Below, piece after piece: positions 47,874 to 62,196 of a stretch of 64,000 nt of DNA. How positions within the stretch are numbered: the first letter of the stretch is position 1; each line of letters starts with the position of its first letter. The DNA is taken from the NCBI GenBank assembly GCA_964247055.1, contig OZ176052.1:12028001-12092000 (forward strand), read 5' to 3'. A program made the position numbers and the translations under genes. Below the pieces are notes generated by a model. It did not search any database. It saw only the letters and a list, made by a program, of their open reading frames with translations, and was not told the origin of the DNA. This stretch comes from Paragordius varius (taxonomy: Eukaryota > Animalia > Nematomorpha).

Positions 47874-49803
47874 ATGTTTCCTAAAATTGGAGAACCCGCA
47901 CCTTTTTTTCAATCCATGGCAGTTATGGATGGAAAATTTAAGGAATTAAAACTATCCGATTACAAAAACAAATATGTTGTTTTATTTTTTTATCCCCTGG
48001 ATTTTACTTTTGTTTGTCCCACTGAAATCATAGCTTTTAGCGATAGATCTGATGAATTTCGAGCGGAAAATTGCGAAATCATTGGTGTATCTACAGATAG
48101 CCATTTCTGCCATCTTGCATGGTTAATATTTTTTATATTTTTTAAGGATAAATACGCCCAGGAAAAGTGGTGGATTGGGTAATATGAAAATCCCTTTACT
48201 TGCTGACAAAAGCATGAAGATTTCAGCCGATTATGGTGTTCTTAGAGATGACGGAATTGCTTTTAGGTTAATTTTTTTTGAAACAAATTTAATTTAAAAT
48301 ATAAACACTTAAAAAAAGTTTTTAGTCTTGTTTTACAGCATCAATTTTTTTATCAATACGATGAAAAATAATGAAATTTAATATTGTATATAACCTTTAT
48401 TCATTATATAATTCTATGCTCAAATAACCATGTTTTTTCCACAACATTTAGCGAAAATATGAACTGTATAGGTATAAAAAATTTAGATGCAAACATTTAT
48501 TTTGTAATTCAAAATTACATGATAAATTTAAAAAATGTTTTTTTAGCAAATTATAATAAGCGATTAGTGGACATAAATTTATTATTAATATTACATGAAT
48601 AAAGACAATTTTTTAGTATTAAAGTAGATTTAACTGCGAAAAGTTATACATACCCTAAGTAATGTGTAAGCGTGCATAGACACCCGATAATAATGTAACA
48701 AAACATTTTTTTCACACAATTTGATGCCACAATTAAATCCTAATCTCAACTTTTCCAGAAAAGCGAAATAGCATTTTTCAGTATCTAATTGACCTTTCAT
48801 ACCATTAAGATATAAAATTATTTTGTCCAACATCTGCATATTTTATTATGTATAATTGGGTTAAAAAATGTTTTCTTATCATAGATTGTCGTACGCCTGC
48901 CTATACATTGCTAGTGGTAAATTTATAAGATACGAAATAATGCTTTACGCAACGTAGGTTTATACTTATTTTAAAATAACGAAGGGGTCCCGGGTTATTG
49001 ATAGTTATGAATTTATTTAATTTTTTAAACATATCATTTTTATATATAACTTAAATCATTTTGCAATTACTCTCTAATTTTTTTAAAAAAATATTTGTTT
49101 CCAAAATAATTATTACATGTTCCGGTACCCGATTTTAAAAATAAGATGTCTTTTAAAGGTCCCGTTCTATTCATCAATGCATTTATAATAATAAATTTGA
49201 GCTGACCCTTTTTCCTATGATGTAATAAGAAAACGCGATTTATTAATTAAATATGAACTGGCGATATTATTGTTGACCTTTAAATTATTTTTGCATTTTT
49301 TTATATATACAAACCCACGGTTATTTACATTGTGTGTCAGGATATTAGAAAATAATTTTTACACAATGTACAAAATAAGCGAGCCCTTAACCACAAATTT
49401 ATAACAATCCAATCATATTAACTGTGCAGAAATATTAAAGCCTCTAAATTTTAATTGACGCACCCATATTAAAACTTCTTATGTTTTTGGCCTTATATAA
49501 ATATATATTTTTAGAGGGCTTTTCATAATTGATGATAAACAACGGCTCAGGCAAATTACTGTAAATGACTTACCAGTCGGTCGAAGTGTGGATGAAACAT
49601 TGAGACTTGTTAAAGCTTTTCAATTCACTGATAAATATGGCGAAGGTATGGTTCTAAATTTAAATTTTAACTCATATTTATTCACATTTCTAAAAAACTA
49701 ATATTTTATAGTGTGTCCTGCTAATTGGAAACCCGGAGAGAAAACCATTAAACCGCTGGTGGACAAAAGCAAAGAATATTTTGAAAGTGCCAACAATGCC
49801 TAA
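47874..49803 (+). CDS. PRDX1/2: Typical 2-Cys peroxiredoxin (Prx1 subfamily); exons 47874-48121, 48147-48266, 49515-49645, 49712-49803
   Basis: [24 protein letters not shown] and C-terminal SKEYF motifs. Confidence 0.96.
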
Positions 49804-50119
49804 ATTTTTTTATAAAAATTATATTGATCAAATGTCAAAACTAGATAATTTTTTTAAACTATGATATTTTTATGAATGGTAATACATTTGATATTGTATA
49901 TATTAATAGAGGAAAAATCACAATAATTTTTTTTAAAAAAAATTCTTTTCTAGCTTTACATTTTTTCTTGATAATCTTAATATTTACCATATTACATAAT
50001 CTTTTGATATGAATCATCACACACACACAATTTAGTTAATTTATTATATTTATCATGCACCACATATAACGAACGCCCTTTCACACTGATAAATGCTTTT
50101 TTTATTTATCAATCAATTA

Positions 50120-53100
50120 TTAAATCTCCATAAATATTCTGTCCACGATTTCTTGATTCATGATTTTACCTATTATATGAATTATATATCAATTGTAACT
50201 TTTCTCTGGTAAATTTTGTGAACTACCAATGAAACTATCCTTAATATCCGAGTTTTTTCCAATTTCACAGTTGTTCATTATTACGGCATTTGAGATAACA
50301 GCTCTGAATATTATTATCATAAAATTTTGGTTACCCTTCTTTTATGTGTACATGCGTTCCAATTATGCAATTTGTAAGTTTGACTCCATTCTCAAAGATA
50401 CAATGTTTCCCCAAAATACTTTTTCTGATTTGAGTATTATCCTTGAACACACATCCGTTGCCAATTATACAATCGTTTGATATCTATTCTCAGGATAAAA
50501 AAACAATAGGTGGTGTTGTACTTTTTTTGGATTTATACTATTTTCTAACGCGTTATAATCATATATTCGATTTAATTTGGGTTGAAAAAATTACAAAGTC
50601 AATTACATGTTTTTAAACAGAAATAGAAAATTATCCAAAAGAAATTGAAAATTTCTGAATAAATGGACCAATTCTATAATGATTCGTTAAAATGTTAGAT
50701 ATATATTTATTTCTGAAAAATTTGGCAATTATCTCAATGATACATTAAATGTCCCTATGGGAAAAAGCTATATGGAATACTTCAACACTTAGGAACCCAA
50801 TAAAGAAAATAGATTAATTTATAATAACTAATGTAATTATTTTATATGAGCAGACCGAATTATAATTAACATTTTACACCTCCCTATATCCAGGCTTCTC
50901 AGTTTATGATTTCGATAATATTCAACACTAAAATTATAGGAAATAAAGTTTTTGATAAAAAAAACACTAAAAAACTATGATTTTGTAAAATTTATACCTG
51001 GACATTTTGACCAGATGAGATGGCAATTTGTATATTGCTATCAGCTTGATCGTCTAAATAAGTTGAAACATTTTTTTGAACCTAAAAATATAAGAGAAAA
51101 CTTAGAAATATAGAATTCGATCAGTAACATTCCCTAAACTTTTGCCATGACACGTTTCCGTTTTATTTTTGTCAACTCAGGCCGATGATTATATAATTAT
51201 ATTTAGAAAATGTGGTTTGTTAAACAAAATATATGGATTGAGATAAAAATTAAATAAAAATGTCACACATTAGTTTGATTTATATCTATGATAAAAAAAA
51301 TCAAAGTATAAAAATAAAGTGAAATAAAACGTCGATTAAAAAATTAGCATAACATGTCAATTCTAAAATAAGGGCAAAATTTGGGCGTTTCGTTTTATTA
51401 AAATGTATTTAGGAACGCTGAAATATTATTGGGTTAATTGGAATTATTTTAATTCGGCAATAATTGAATTTATTTACATAAATTTTCAATAAATACTAAT
51501 AATATTTTTCAGGTGTAAAAATAAAACATATCGATAAATATTACTAAAAATAATTTAATATTCAATTATTTGAGTTAAAAATTGCAATTGATAGTTTTTT
51601 TTACCGTTTTTGGCGATATGTTATAAATCGCAATGTAAAAAATTATTGTTTATGATACTTGTCTAAAATCCAAATTTTTATAAAAAAATTTATACATAAT
51701 CTCACCTTCTAATACTTTACAAAGATTAACCATAAAAATGAGACAGTCATATACCATTTTATTGGCCAAACAAAATGAGTAAAATGTATTGACGCGTATA
51801 CAATTGGCATTGGAGGAATCGGCTGATCCCACGTAGGCACAATACTTGGCATCAGATAGAGCAGTCGCTGTGCGATAAAATTTATCATTGAGTCGAGGTG
51901 ATTGGATTGAATTCATCATGTTTTGGGTCAAATTTTCTCCAATATTTGTTATTCGAGCCGTTGTTCTTACCATAGAACTAGTATCGTCGTTTTTACGGGG
52001 AAAAATTTCTGATTCTACATTAAAAAATAAAATATTTTTACACTAAGATTAAAATTATAAGAGAATATCGAAAACTCAAAGGCAAATATTATTTTTATAA
52101 AGACAACCATAATTTTTATTATACCTAGGGTTGTGCATTTGACTGCTTTTTCAAAAATGTCTGCTCAGACCATGGTCATGACCACTTTTTACTTAAATAA
52201 ACATGGGATATTGGATGAAAATAATGTTCAAACGCCACTTGCGTGTCACTAATTCCTTAAAAATTTGTATTATACATTTTTTTATATTTATATTTACAAA
52301 TATATTCAATGAAATTGAATCAAGAATATTGTTTCAAATGAATTTTGCTACATGTTTGTGGCCTTCTAAATCTTCAAATACATTGTTTTTAATACTGAAT
52401 ATTTCAAAAAAAATTTACCCAGTTTGTTATACTCTTTCTTTCATCCATGAATTAATATCCATTTATAAGATGTTTTCGTTTTATTGGTTTACACATATGG
52501 AATAATTGCATATTTTGCAAAGTGCTTGATTGTTTTGTTTTTCGAAATAACTGGATATGCTTAAATGCTAATGTTATAAGGATGCATGTTTAACATATTT
52601 TGTTAAATAAGCATATTTAAATATTTATTTTATAATAAAAAATATATCAAAAATAAAATCTTACTATCTTTCTTTCATAAAAAATTTACCACCAATTTTT
52701 CAAAAAACAGCTGTTTTTTTAAATGACCATGGTCATAAAATAAATAATCAATGACCTGCTCATGACCCAGTCAATTGACCGGGTCATGACTTGGTCAGTA
52801 CAACCCTAATTATACCCTATATGGTTTGAATAATTAGAAATTGTTAGACCATAGGCAATTACATATAAAATCAAGGTTAAAAAAATTGGTTGTCTTTGTA
52901 AAAAGTCGTTTAGTTTTTATCTTTTGTTTTCATGATATTAATTTGTACCGTTCATCAAAAAATAATACCAGTCTTACTGCAACGCAGTTATCTATAGTTA
53001 AAAACAGGTATAAGCATAAATACTGAACATAAAATGTAGTTATTCGTTTAAATCATTAGTAAAATAATATTTTAATGAAAATGGATGCAAATTTGATAAA

Positions 53101-55228
53101 TACTAACAATTTTTTACAATTAAAATTTATGTCAATATTTTTATTATCTTTATAAGCGATTACAAATGTATGGGGTAAAATATTAATTTTTAAAACATTT
53201 TCACATGTACATATTATTTATCAATAATTGAATGATATGTGAATACTATAAAAGTTGCAAAGTACAATACGAAATGCAATAATTTATACCAGATCTTTTC
53301 AGGGTTATTGGTCGATTCTTGATGAGATAGGGGAGGACTTCACCCTTAAGCGAGGACATTTTTCTTTAATTGTAATGAATAAAGAAAAAATACTATACTT
53401 ATTTTCTACTATAAAGTTTAGGATGCATCGATTTAAAATATAAATGTGTGTGTCCATCAAATTTATGCATAAACGGAAAGCAGGATTTCTAATAAAAAAG
53501 TATTAGCAATACTTGCAAAGAAAATTATGGCGAAAAGTTATGTTTTCATCAATATCAGCCTCTGAAAGAAACATTAATAAATTATCTTGGCCATCCAATG
53601 CAATAACGTCTTTTTCTATCATAAATATGAAAAAATCCTATTTTAATAAAAATAAAATAATCAAGCATTTTCACATCTATATATAATTATTTATATTTGT
53701 TTTATATATATGGAATAATATATATTAATTATTTTCGTAAAAATATTATTGAACGTTCACATAATTTTCGACATCTTTTTATATAACTTTTGTGGATAAT
53801 AAAAATAAATCTAAATCCATTCTAAATTATATTTAATTATTTTAAACATAAAAATGAGTTTTTATTACCGATTTTTAATTTGGTTTTAGGTCCAAGTAAG
53901 CCATCGGCCATCTGTTGAGGATAATTGGTAAATAAAACAGTCAATGAAGCATCTTTGAGTCGATGTACATTTGCCAAGTTCTGAAGGGGTACCGTGCAAA
54001 TACTATCGCAACTAAGTACAATAATGTTTGGGCTCTATCAAGAATATAAAAATTAACCATTGATTAGAAATTAGAAGTTTGTTTAGAATAGGTTTTAAAA
54101 CCAAAAAATATTGAGAAACGGTTCTGAAACCGTTTTAAGAACTGAAAAAGGGGTCTCAAAAAAGTATTTTTTATCCCTTATTTGTCAATTTGTATTACAA
54201 TGGAAACCCTGGTTTAAATTTTTTTCTAGTTTAAAATTAAAAAGTAATAGTTTTTTGCAAGTGGCACAGACACTGTATTTTTGCAATATATATATTCAAC
54301 TATTGGTGAAAATTAAAATATTTGATAATTGGAATCTAGGTAAATTTTGTAACAAAGATATTGAAACACCAGAGTTTATAAAATTGATTGGTTCTAATCC
54401 TTGGCAGATTCTCATTATCATAAGATTTAGTATAGGAATTAAAACTTTACATATTAATTTACGGCAGATGAAATTTGCGGTTTAGTATTCATTCTCCATA
54501 TAATTAATTCACTAACCAAATGTCACAACTAAACTTATTTTGGCCAACCGTCAGAGCAGACAATTTGGATATAATATAGTGACAGGTATAAAGTTGAAAG
54601 GAAAAAAAGCGCGGTCGCTGTAAAATGTAAAACTTTTCCCAATTCTATCTCTCTGACCTAAAGAGAATGAATTGGAGCATATTTATCTATAAAGAGGTAT
54701 AAATCGAATGATTTTAGCTATATTGATATAAAAGAGATTTTACTAGATTCGAAATTAATCATAAATTATATAAATATATAATAGTCTTTTTAATTATCGC
54801 TAAAAAATATAGAAAGTTATATTTTTAATTCTATATGTAATAGTCAAATTGTGGGCTCCGAAATTATTTAAAAAATTGTTATTTAATAATTACAATTAAA
54901 CGATCTGCAATGTGTCGAAGGGCATCAGCCGTCCCCCAATCATATTGACCACTAATTCCAACTAAATCAATATTGATTTGTGTATCATTTTCTTCTTTTA
55001 GAGCTCTATGCATATCCGACTTCCAAATATCAAGTGTAATTATTATAACCTCTTAACTTTATTGAGTTAAAAACCTTCGAAACCGGATTTCTCAAGATAA
55101 CTTACGGGATACCAAATTAAGGGTTTGTTGCAAATTGTGAGCAACGGCTTGGGAAAATTTGATGTCAAATCTTGCATTCTAGAGCCTATGCCCGCTGCTA
55201 ATATCACAGCTTGAAATTCTTGATGCAT
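50120..55228 (-). CDS. EIF2B3: Translation initiation factor eIF2B gamma subunit, multi-exon, largely missed by the ORF track
   Basis: [30 protein letters not shown] (55228), [36 protein letters not shown], left-handed beta-helix repeats (DCIIGNGC...NCIIG) and C-terminal IFMEI*. Confidence 0.92.
52126..52808. mobile_element. hAT-type MITE in an EIF2B3 intron
   Basis: TIR TAGGGTTGT / ACAACCCTA with perfect 8-bp TSD ATTATACC (52118-52125 and 52809-52816). Confidence 0.92.
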
Positions 55229-56214
55229 GTGTACCGCGCAAATAATAATATTTTATATGATATATATTAATGTGATCAGATATTTTGAACTTTTTCAAAA
55301 TTAGAACATACTTGCCTGTTTTTTAACCATCGGTGTGGTATATTACACAGTTTCCACAAAAAATATCCTAATGAAATATATATCACTTTGTAAAAAATTT
55401 TTAACGAAACAATTTTTTTCATTAGATAGCTTATGACCAGTGTATTCATTTGTCATAAAAAAATTTATTTGTTAACAACCTAGTTTTTAAGATATGAGAA
55501 AATCATAATTGGGCAAAAAGTGAAAATTTAATTAAGAATTCAAAAAATAATGATAAAAGTTGAGATATTATGATTGATTATCATTTTAGAAGATATTTTC
55601 TATATATAAGGGGGCCTAAATCATATAAATAGAGTTTCTATAAAATCTCAGTTCGAAAGATGGCGTTTTTCTTTTAACACACTTGATAGTTAAAAAAAAT
55701 TTTATGAAACTATAATAAAATTATTTTTTTTAAATTATTTACAAGCTAAACACACCATTAAAATCTTAACATTCGTATTTTATTTAGTTAAAATACTATA
55801 TCAAAATAAAATTAAGAAATTTTTTTTTCATTTTTTGTCTTCTGGTTTATGAGCGCATAAAAAATTTAAACTGCATTGTTTTAAAATCTTATATGAGTGG
55901 TAGTTATAACGTATATAATTTGAGCAAATTAGGATTTAAAAGCAGTAATTCAATCAAATATCTCTACATATTTCAAAAAAATATCATTTTTGGTTAAAAC
56001 AAACCTGTTAAATGAATTTATACGGATTGTTGGTCGATATTACACTACTTTAAAAAAAAATTCGCACTTCTAAAATGGGCTGGATCTCATAAGAACGGAT
56101 AATTGCCGAGATTGTGCGATAAAAAGATTAAATATAAGCTAAATTTTGGTATCAACTAAAAATAAAAATATTTACTTTTTCCATAATTTTTAGCAAAATT
56201 TTAGTTTCCTTCAT

Positions 56215-56955
56215 ACTGTTTTGAGTCATGATGGAAACTATAAAAGGCTCTCTAATACTATAAAAAGCTTTTGCCTATATAAATCGATGATTCTGAACAT
56301 TATCGCTTCAGAATTTTGATATGAATGTTTATTTGCCTATAAATTATTGTGAATTTTTGTAAAAAAATACAATTTTTATTACTCATAAATTTGAAGAGGA
56401 ATGAATATGTTAAACAAAATTCTGAGGTGTTAGAAATGTTAAGCACCTCCGAATTATATAGGGAAAATGTTTTAATGTCTTAAAGCGTTTTTATTCCATC
56501 ATTATTCAAAATAGATTGAAGTGAACTTCAACATTGTTAAAAAATAATGAAAAAAGTATGCATTTTTTAATATTTTTAATTGATATCAAAATTAAGCATG
56601 TAAAAATTTGTGGCGCGATCCCGGCATTTTCGCGTTTATTTTAAGAGGACTATCCCATTTTAGGGGAGCTAAAAAATTTGGGACTTTCGGAGTCCACATC
56701 TAAAATAATTAAATTTTTGAAAATATTGTTTTCTTTTTATAATTAGTTTATAATATATTTTAGTGATATTTTTTTGGAATGAAGCCTCAAGATTTTAAAA
56801 AATTTTATTTTAAAAAACGTGATCGAATTTTGCCATTTTATTAGCGTTCACTACAAAAGCGTTAATAACTTTCGTAGATCACCCGTAATGGCCAAAATCA
56901 ATAGGAGCATGATAATTCTGATACATTTTCCTATTTGAATATATATATATATAGA
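56215..56955. repeat. Dispersed repeat homologous to ~1995-2610
   Basis: Shared motif order, ending in a (TA)n tract. Approximate limits. Confidence 0.6.
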
Positions 56956-56961
56956 TATATA

Positions 56962-57131
56962 CAGTAGCGTATGGAGTAAAACAATATTAGTCCATAATAG
57001 AATAAAAAATTGTTTTTTAAAAAAACAAGGGGATATTATAGATATGTGTATTTACAACTAAAATTGTTTTTTTAAAAAAACATTTTTTTATTCTTTTATG
57101 GACGAATATTGTTCTACTCCATACGCTACTG
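56962..57131. mobile_element. Tc1/mariner (pogo-like) MITE, 170 bp
   Basis: TA-CAGTAGCGTATGGAGTA... / ...TACTCCATACGCTACTG-TA, long near-perfect TIRs. The homologous (TA)n at ~2573-2590 lacks it. Confidence 0.9.
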
Positions 57132-57319
57132 TATATATTTATAATATATTATCAGGTTATTTTTTTACGATATCTAATAATAGATAACAAATATAATTTG
57201 GTTGACGCGTTTTCTCCGTTGTAGTTAATTTTCGAACAGATGTGGTAGAATGCGATTTTTTAATTTGGACAATAGCAGAAAAATAAAAGTAACTTTTTCT
57301 CTAGAATGTGTACAGATAT

Positions 57320-57768
57320 ATATTGCACAATATATTTTCTCTACGTGTCTCTAATTCTTATGATTTCTATTTCGACTCTAGAAGTTGTAATGACTCTTAT
57401 ATGTTTTTACATTTTATTGGTTCCCATATATTGAGAAATTGCTTATTTTGCAAACTGCTTGATTGTTTTGTTTTTCGAAATCACTAGGATATGCTTAATG
57501 CTAATGTTATAAGAATGCATGTTTAACAATTAATATATAGTTAAATAGTATATTTAAATATCGATTATTTTGTATATTTAAATATTTAATTTATATTTTG
57601 TAAATAATATATTCAAAAATAATAAAATTACTATACTTCCAAAAAAAATTTACTAGCAATTTTTCTAAAAACAGCTGCTTTTTAAATGACCATGGTCAAA
57701 AAAAATTAGTCACTGACCTCGTCATGACCCGGTGCTGATCGGGTCATGACTTGTTAAGCAAAACCCTA
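57320..57768. mobile_element. Partial hAT-type MITE (TAGGGTTGT family)
   Basis: Ends GTCATGACTTGTTAAGCAAAACCCTA; inverted counterpart of 27711-28140. Confidence 0.7.
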
Positions 57769-58525
57769 TACATAACAAATAAAATTTAGTTGACGCGTTT
57801 TCTCGGTGTTTTTAATTTGTAGAATGCGTTTTTTTAATTTTGAATAGCAGAAAAATTAAGTAGCTTTTTCTCTAGATTGTGTATTTTTGATATTCATTAT
57901 TCTGAAGCACATAGCTTTTAAATGATCATCATTCATAAATAAAGCATTTTTAATCCCCATTTTTGTCGCACAGTGTTATAAATACGAAAAGTAATATTAG
58001 ATGGTAAATTTTTATTGATTGTATGATGCGCGTGAAACAAAATTTTCCCAATAATAAAACTCAAATGAGTTGGGTTTTGTTCACCTATAATCCCCAAAGC
58101 GCCGTAGTGTAAATGGCACTAATCCGATTTTTTTAAAGAAAATTTTATTTAAAGAATTTTAAAATTAAATGTGTTAAATGATATTCCTGATTTGTATTAT
58201 TTTAATATATTAATTTAATTTTATCATAATATAAAGGTTATTTATACATAAACTCTGTATTAAATAATTATACCTCTCAACTTTTATATCAGGCAATCAT
58301 CAAGTTTAAAACAATACCTTCTTAGGTAATGTTTAGAAATATCTCTGGGTGAAATTTGATGTTTAATCTGAAATAATATTATTTGTCATTGTTTAAATTG
58401 GAAATTAAAACTAATGTTAAGTCAAATTTATTTGCCATATAGCGCAATTCAATAGCTTAACACATCTTCAAAGTTAAAATTGTGTTGTAATATAATTAAT
58501 TTGGTCAATATATTTTATACACTCA

Positions 58526-59147
58526 CTAGCGTAAATCTCGTTCTGCTACGCAGCCCGAGGAAGTCCTTCGGACTTCTGGGGGGGTGGGGGTTCGAAGTTT
58601 GGAGTTGAATGGGTCTACCGGTTTTCCGGTAGCACATCACAAAGTTACATGAGGAATCAGTTTTTAGCGGGTAGCTCCTTACCCAGCAGCTATCATCAAA
58701 AAAACGGATGACTAAAATTTTTGCCTTTTAACAGGGAATACTTGGAATCCATATTGAATTTTTACGGTCTCATACCTAGGGCGAAAAATAGATTTCAAAA
58801 ATTATTTTTGTGGACTTTGTTTTTTGAAAAAAATGGCATTTTACGGGGTTAGCGGGTAAAAAGGGGGCCTAAATCAAAAAATTGACTCGACTATGTTCGG
58901 CGCAATCGAAAATAAGTAAACAAAAATCATATTTGAAATAACACGTTCGCCAGAAAATTGTCTCAAAGACACGATTTTTGTGGACCTCTGGTTTCAAAAA
59001 AAACCCCGTTTTTCACACGGGGTGGGCCCGAACTGGGGGCCTATTTCAAAAAAAGGACGAAGGTCGAAGTTTGGATTTGAATGGGTCTACCGTTTTTCCT
59101 GTACCAGATCACAAAGCCAGCATTTTCCATTTTTATAAATATATAGA
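58526..59147 (-). mobile_element. Non-autonomous Helitron, subfamily B, 622 bp (single internal unit)
   Basis: ACACTCA|CTAG...TATAGA|TTCATATT. The empty site in copy B (~26255-26265, reverse complement ACACTCA|TTCATATT) shows A|T insertion with no TSD. Confidence 0.92.
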
Positions 59148-59308
59148 TTCATATTAATATTATTATTTCGTTATTTTTATTTTTATTTTGCATTTATTAA
59201 TTTGCGCATAGCATATAAACATTATATTAGTTTCATATATTTTAATATTTAATAGGTATTGGGTTTTACGATAATTATTTTTTTAATATTTCCCATGCCC
59301 ATGCCTGT

Positions 59309-62196
59309 TCATTTGGCAGGGGCAAAGCCATTATTTCTATTTTTCGGTACTGAGGTTGGTTCTGCACTGCAACAATTCCAACAATTTGTCTCGTTATTTA
59401 TTTGAGTTTCTGCATTCGGGGAGGGTGAACGGTGACGTGGTACTTGAGCAAATCTTGGGTTATTGATGTTTGAGGGCGGCGGAGCAAAGTTTGGCGGTAA
59501 CGGCATTGGCGGTTTAGGGGGTCTTGGCGGTGGTGGCTTTTGAAAATTACTAGATGGAGAAAAAGCGGGAAGCCCAAATGGGTTATTATTGTGTGCGGAC
59601 GGTCCTTGTGCAAAATTTGACGGTAGCGGCATTGGTGGTTTCAACGGTCTTGAAGGCGGTGGCGGATTTTGAAGACTAGTAGATGGGGAAAAAGCGGGAG
59701 CTCTAAATCTCGGCTGAGACAACGGCGGTCTAAACATCATTAAACCTTGACGAGGTGGAAGGAAAGGCGGTAGTGTATTAATTGGGGTGGCGGAAGTGGG
59801 TGGTTTACTCATTAATGAACCTTGACGAGGGGGAAGTGGTGGCGGTGGGGTATGTGTTAATGTAGATGAATCTGTAAAATCACTCTCACTTTCAACCGTT
59901 AGAAGCTTGTTCATTTCCTTCTTACAATTTTGATAGGGGGTGGAAGAAGATTCACTACTAGTTGCAAAGAATTTAGTTTTATCTTCTTTTGAGGAAATGT
60001 TTTTCTCCCTTTGCTTATTACTTCCATTCTTGGGTTTAACGGCATCAGCGGTCTTAGATGGCCTTCGTTCTTTAAAGGAAACAAAAATTATTTTTAAACG
60101 ATTATCATCAATAATAATCCATCATTATAAATTATTAATTTTATCCATTCATATCATAATTTTTCAAAATACTAAGAATAAATTTCACCTTAACCACATA
60201 TAACAACTACCTTAAACTAAGGAAGTTTCAAAAATAAATTATCATCTCCAATTTCTCAAATAGTTTAAGTAACACTAAGAATTATATATCATTCATTAAG
60301 TTGTTTCCTAAAGTGAACAATTTCTAAAAAATGATATATTTGTATATATTATGTAACTTTTATTTTTGGGTTTTGAAGTGAGATCAGAGAGAGAATCCAC
60401 ATTTAGTCCTGTATGTTTTTTCAACAATCTCTTGGCGATTTGTGTTTCAATATTGCGCTCTCTACACCGTTCATAATTAAATGTCTCATATATGGATTGC
60501 AAATTTTGCGAAACTTGTTGAGAATACTCCGCTAGCTGTTGGCAAATTTGGGCTTCTTGGCGTAAAACCTCCTCAAAATTAAGCGAAGTCAATTTATTTT
60601 TTCTATTTTGTGTGGATATGGCGGTTCCTTGTAATATACATGGGCCAGGTTTTGTCTGTTGCCAAGGCTCAAATGGACTGGGTCTGTAGATTGTCCAACT
60701 GTCATTCGGTTTATACTTAATTGGCGGTTTCTCCTCCTTTTGTCCCTCAATGTATTCTTCATCTTCATTTCTGCATTCGTACGGATCTTTATTGAATGAA
60801 TCAATTGTTGATTCATTACTGCGTTGCACATAATTATCAAGCCACATACCGAGTAATGTCTGTATAGAAAGAAAGGGGAATGTTTGTTGCAACTTACTGA
60901 TTTCCGGAGTATTCGACAATAACCTTGTTTCTAAATTGCTTTCATTTATTATTTCGTTAGACGCAATATTTGAAGTAATTGGCGATTGTATCTGGGTAGT
61001 AATATTTTTAGTATGATTAGCGTACGAATATGTGGATCGTTAAAATTAAAAAATTTGGGCTTATGTTAGCAGATACATTATATGATTTATAGGGTTGCGG
61101 AATCGATAACTAAATCGTTCCGGCTTACAAATCATTTTTGCTTTTTGTTTCCTTTATTAAAGCGGTATTATAAGTATATTGGTTCTCTCTACCAATTATT
61201 TTTCTTATTAGCATTAGGGTAGTTTACGGATATATTAATTTTGTTTTTTAAAGGATATGATATCACCCCAACTGTGTGGAAATTATTTGGCTATCAACCC
61301 TAACCCTATAAATTATACGTAAATGTAAACATAAGCCCAAGTTTCTACAAAACTTTTATATAAATATGATTGATTATAAAAACATTTATGACGGTTTACA
61401 TCCTGTAATTTCAGCTCTGTAAGTTTCAACGACTCCTTGATGCGGTTTTAATATTTGATAATGCTCATAGAAACTACTGCAATTAAAGGATTTTTTTTGA
61501 AGTAAGAAATAAAATCTGTTCATTTTTTACAGCTGTTTTTAGAGTGTCTTTATTATAAATGTCAACTGAAACTATCGAGCTTACCAATAAATATGCAAAA
61601 AATGCACCAATATTTTATTTAAAATCTAAAATTATGGTGCAATAAATTAAAAATTATCATTGAAGTTAGTGAGCCATTATTGTTAGTGTGGTCTCTTTAA
61701 ATCGACAAACAATACTACTACAAAATTGCTTTTAATAAAACCTTACAATCAAAAACCGACGATAATTTTTAAGACAGATAAAATCGTTTTCTATATTACC
61801 CATCAATATATTATTCAATTACTCGTTTGAAATATAAGTCCTTAATTATTTTTGCAACGAAAAGGATTTACATACCGGAGTGACGTGTGAAAATAGGCCA
61901 GTCTTAGAATCTAAATAGTTCATCATGTGAGCTTTGGTGTCTGGAATCGTTTTAGGTGATTCATTGTTAATTGTATTAATAACATCTTGATAATTGGTAG
62001 TTGGAGATGAATTGGTGGCGGTTATGTAAGGTGGATGAAATGTACTCATTGTGTTCTGTTGAAAAGGGGATGAAACATTTTCTGGGGATAAATTGAAAGT
62101 TTGGAAATTTGAATTTTCATCTAACTTAAATGGTACTAAGCAAGTACTGCATTGATCATAGGGTTTTTGGCAAGTTTTGCAAATTATGAAACTCAT
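59309..62196 (-). CDS. Orphan 571-aa protein, intact copy C; exons 61876-62196, 60358-60991, 59309-60069
   Basis: Same splice sites and phases as copy B; 321+634+761 = 1716 nt open frame. Confidence 0.8.

Noticed and set aside
27711-57768. A 30-kb composite hAT transposon bounded by inward-facing TAGGGTT termini
   Set aside because: The flanks are inverted (ATTATGTA vs TACATAAC) rather than a direct 8-bp TSD, and homology continues outward for kilobases. This is the inverted segmental duplication.
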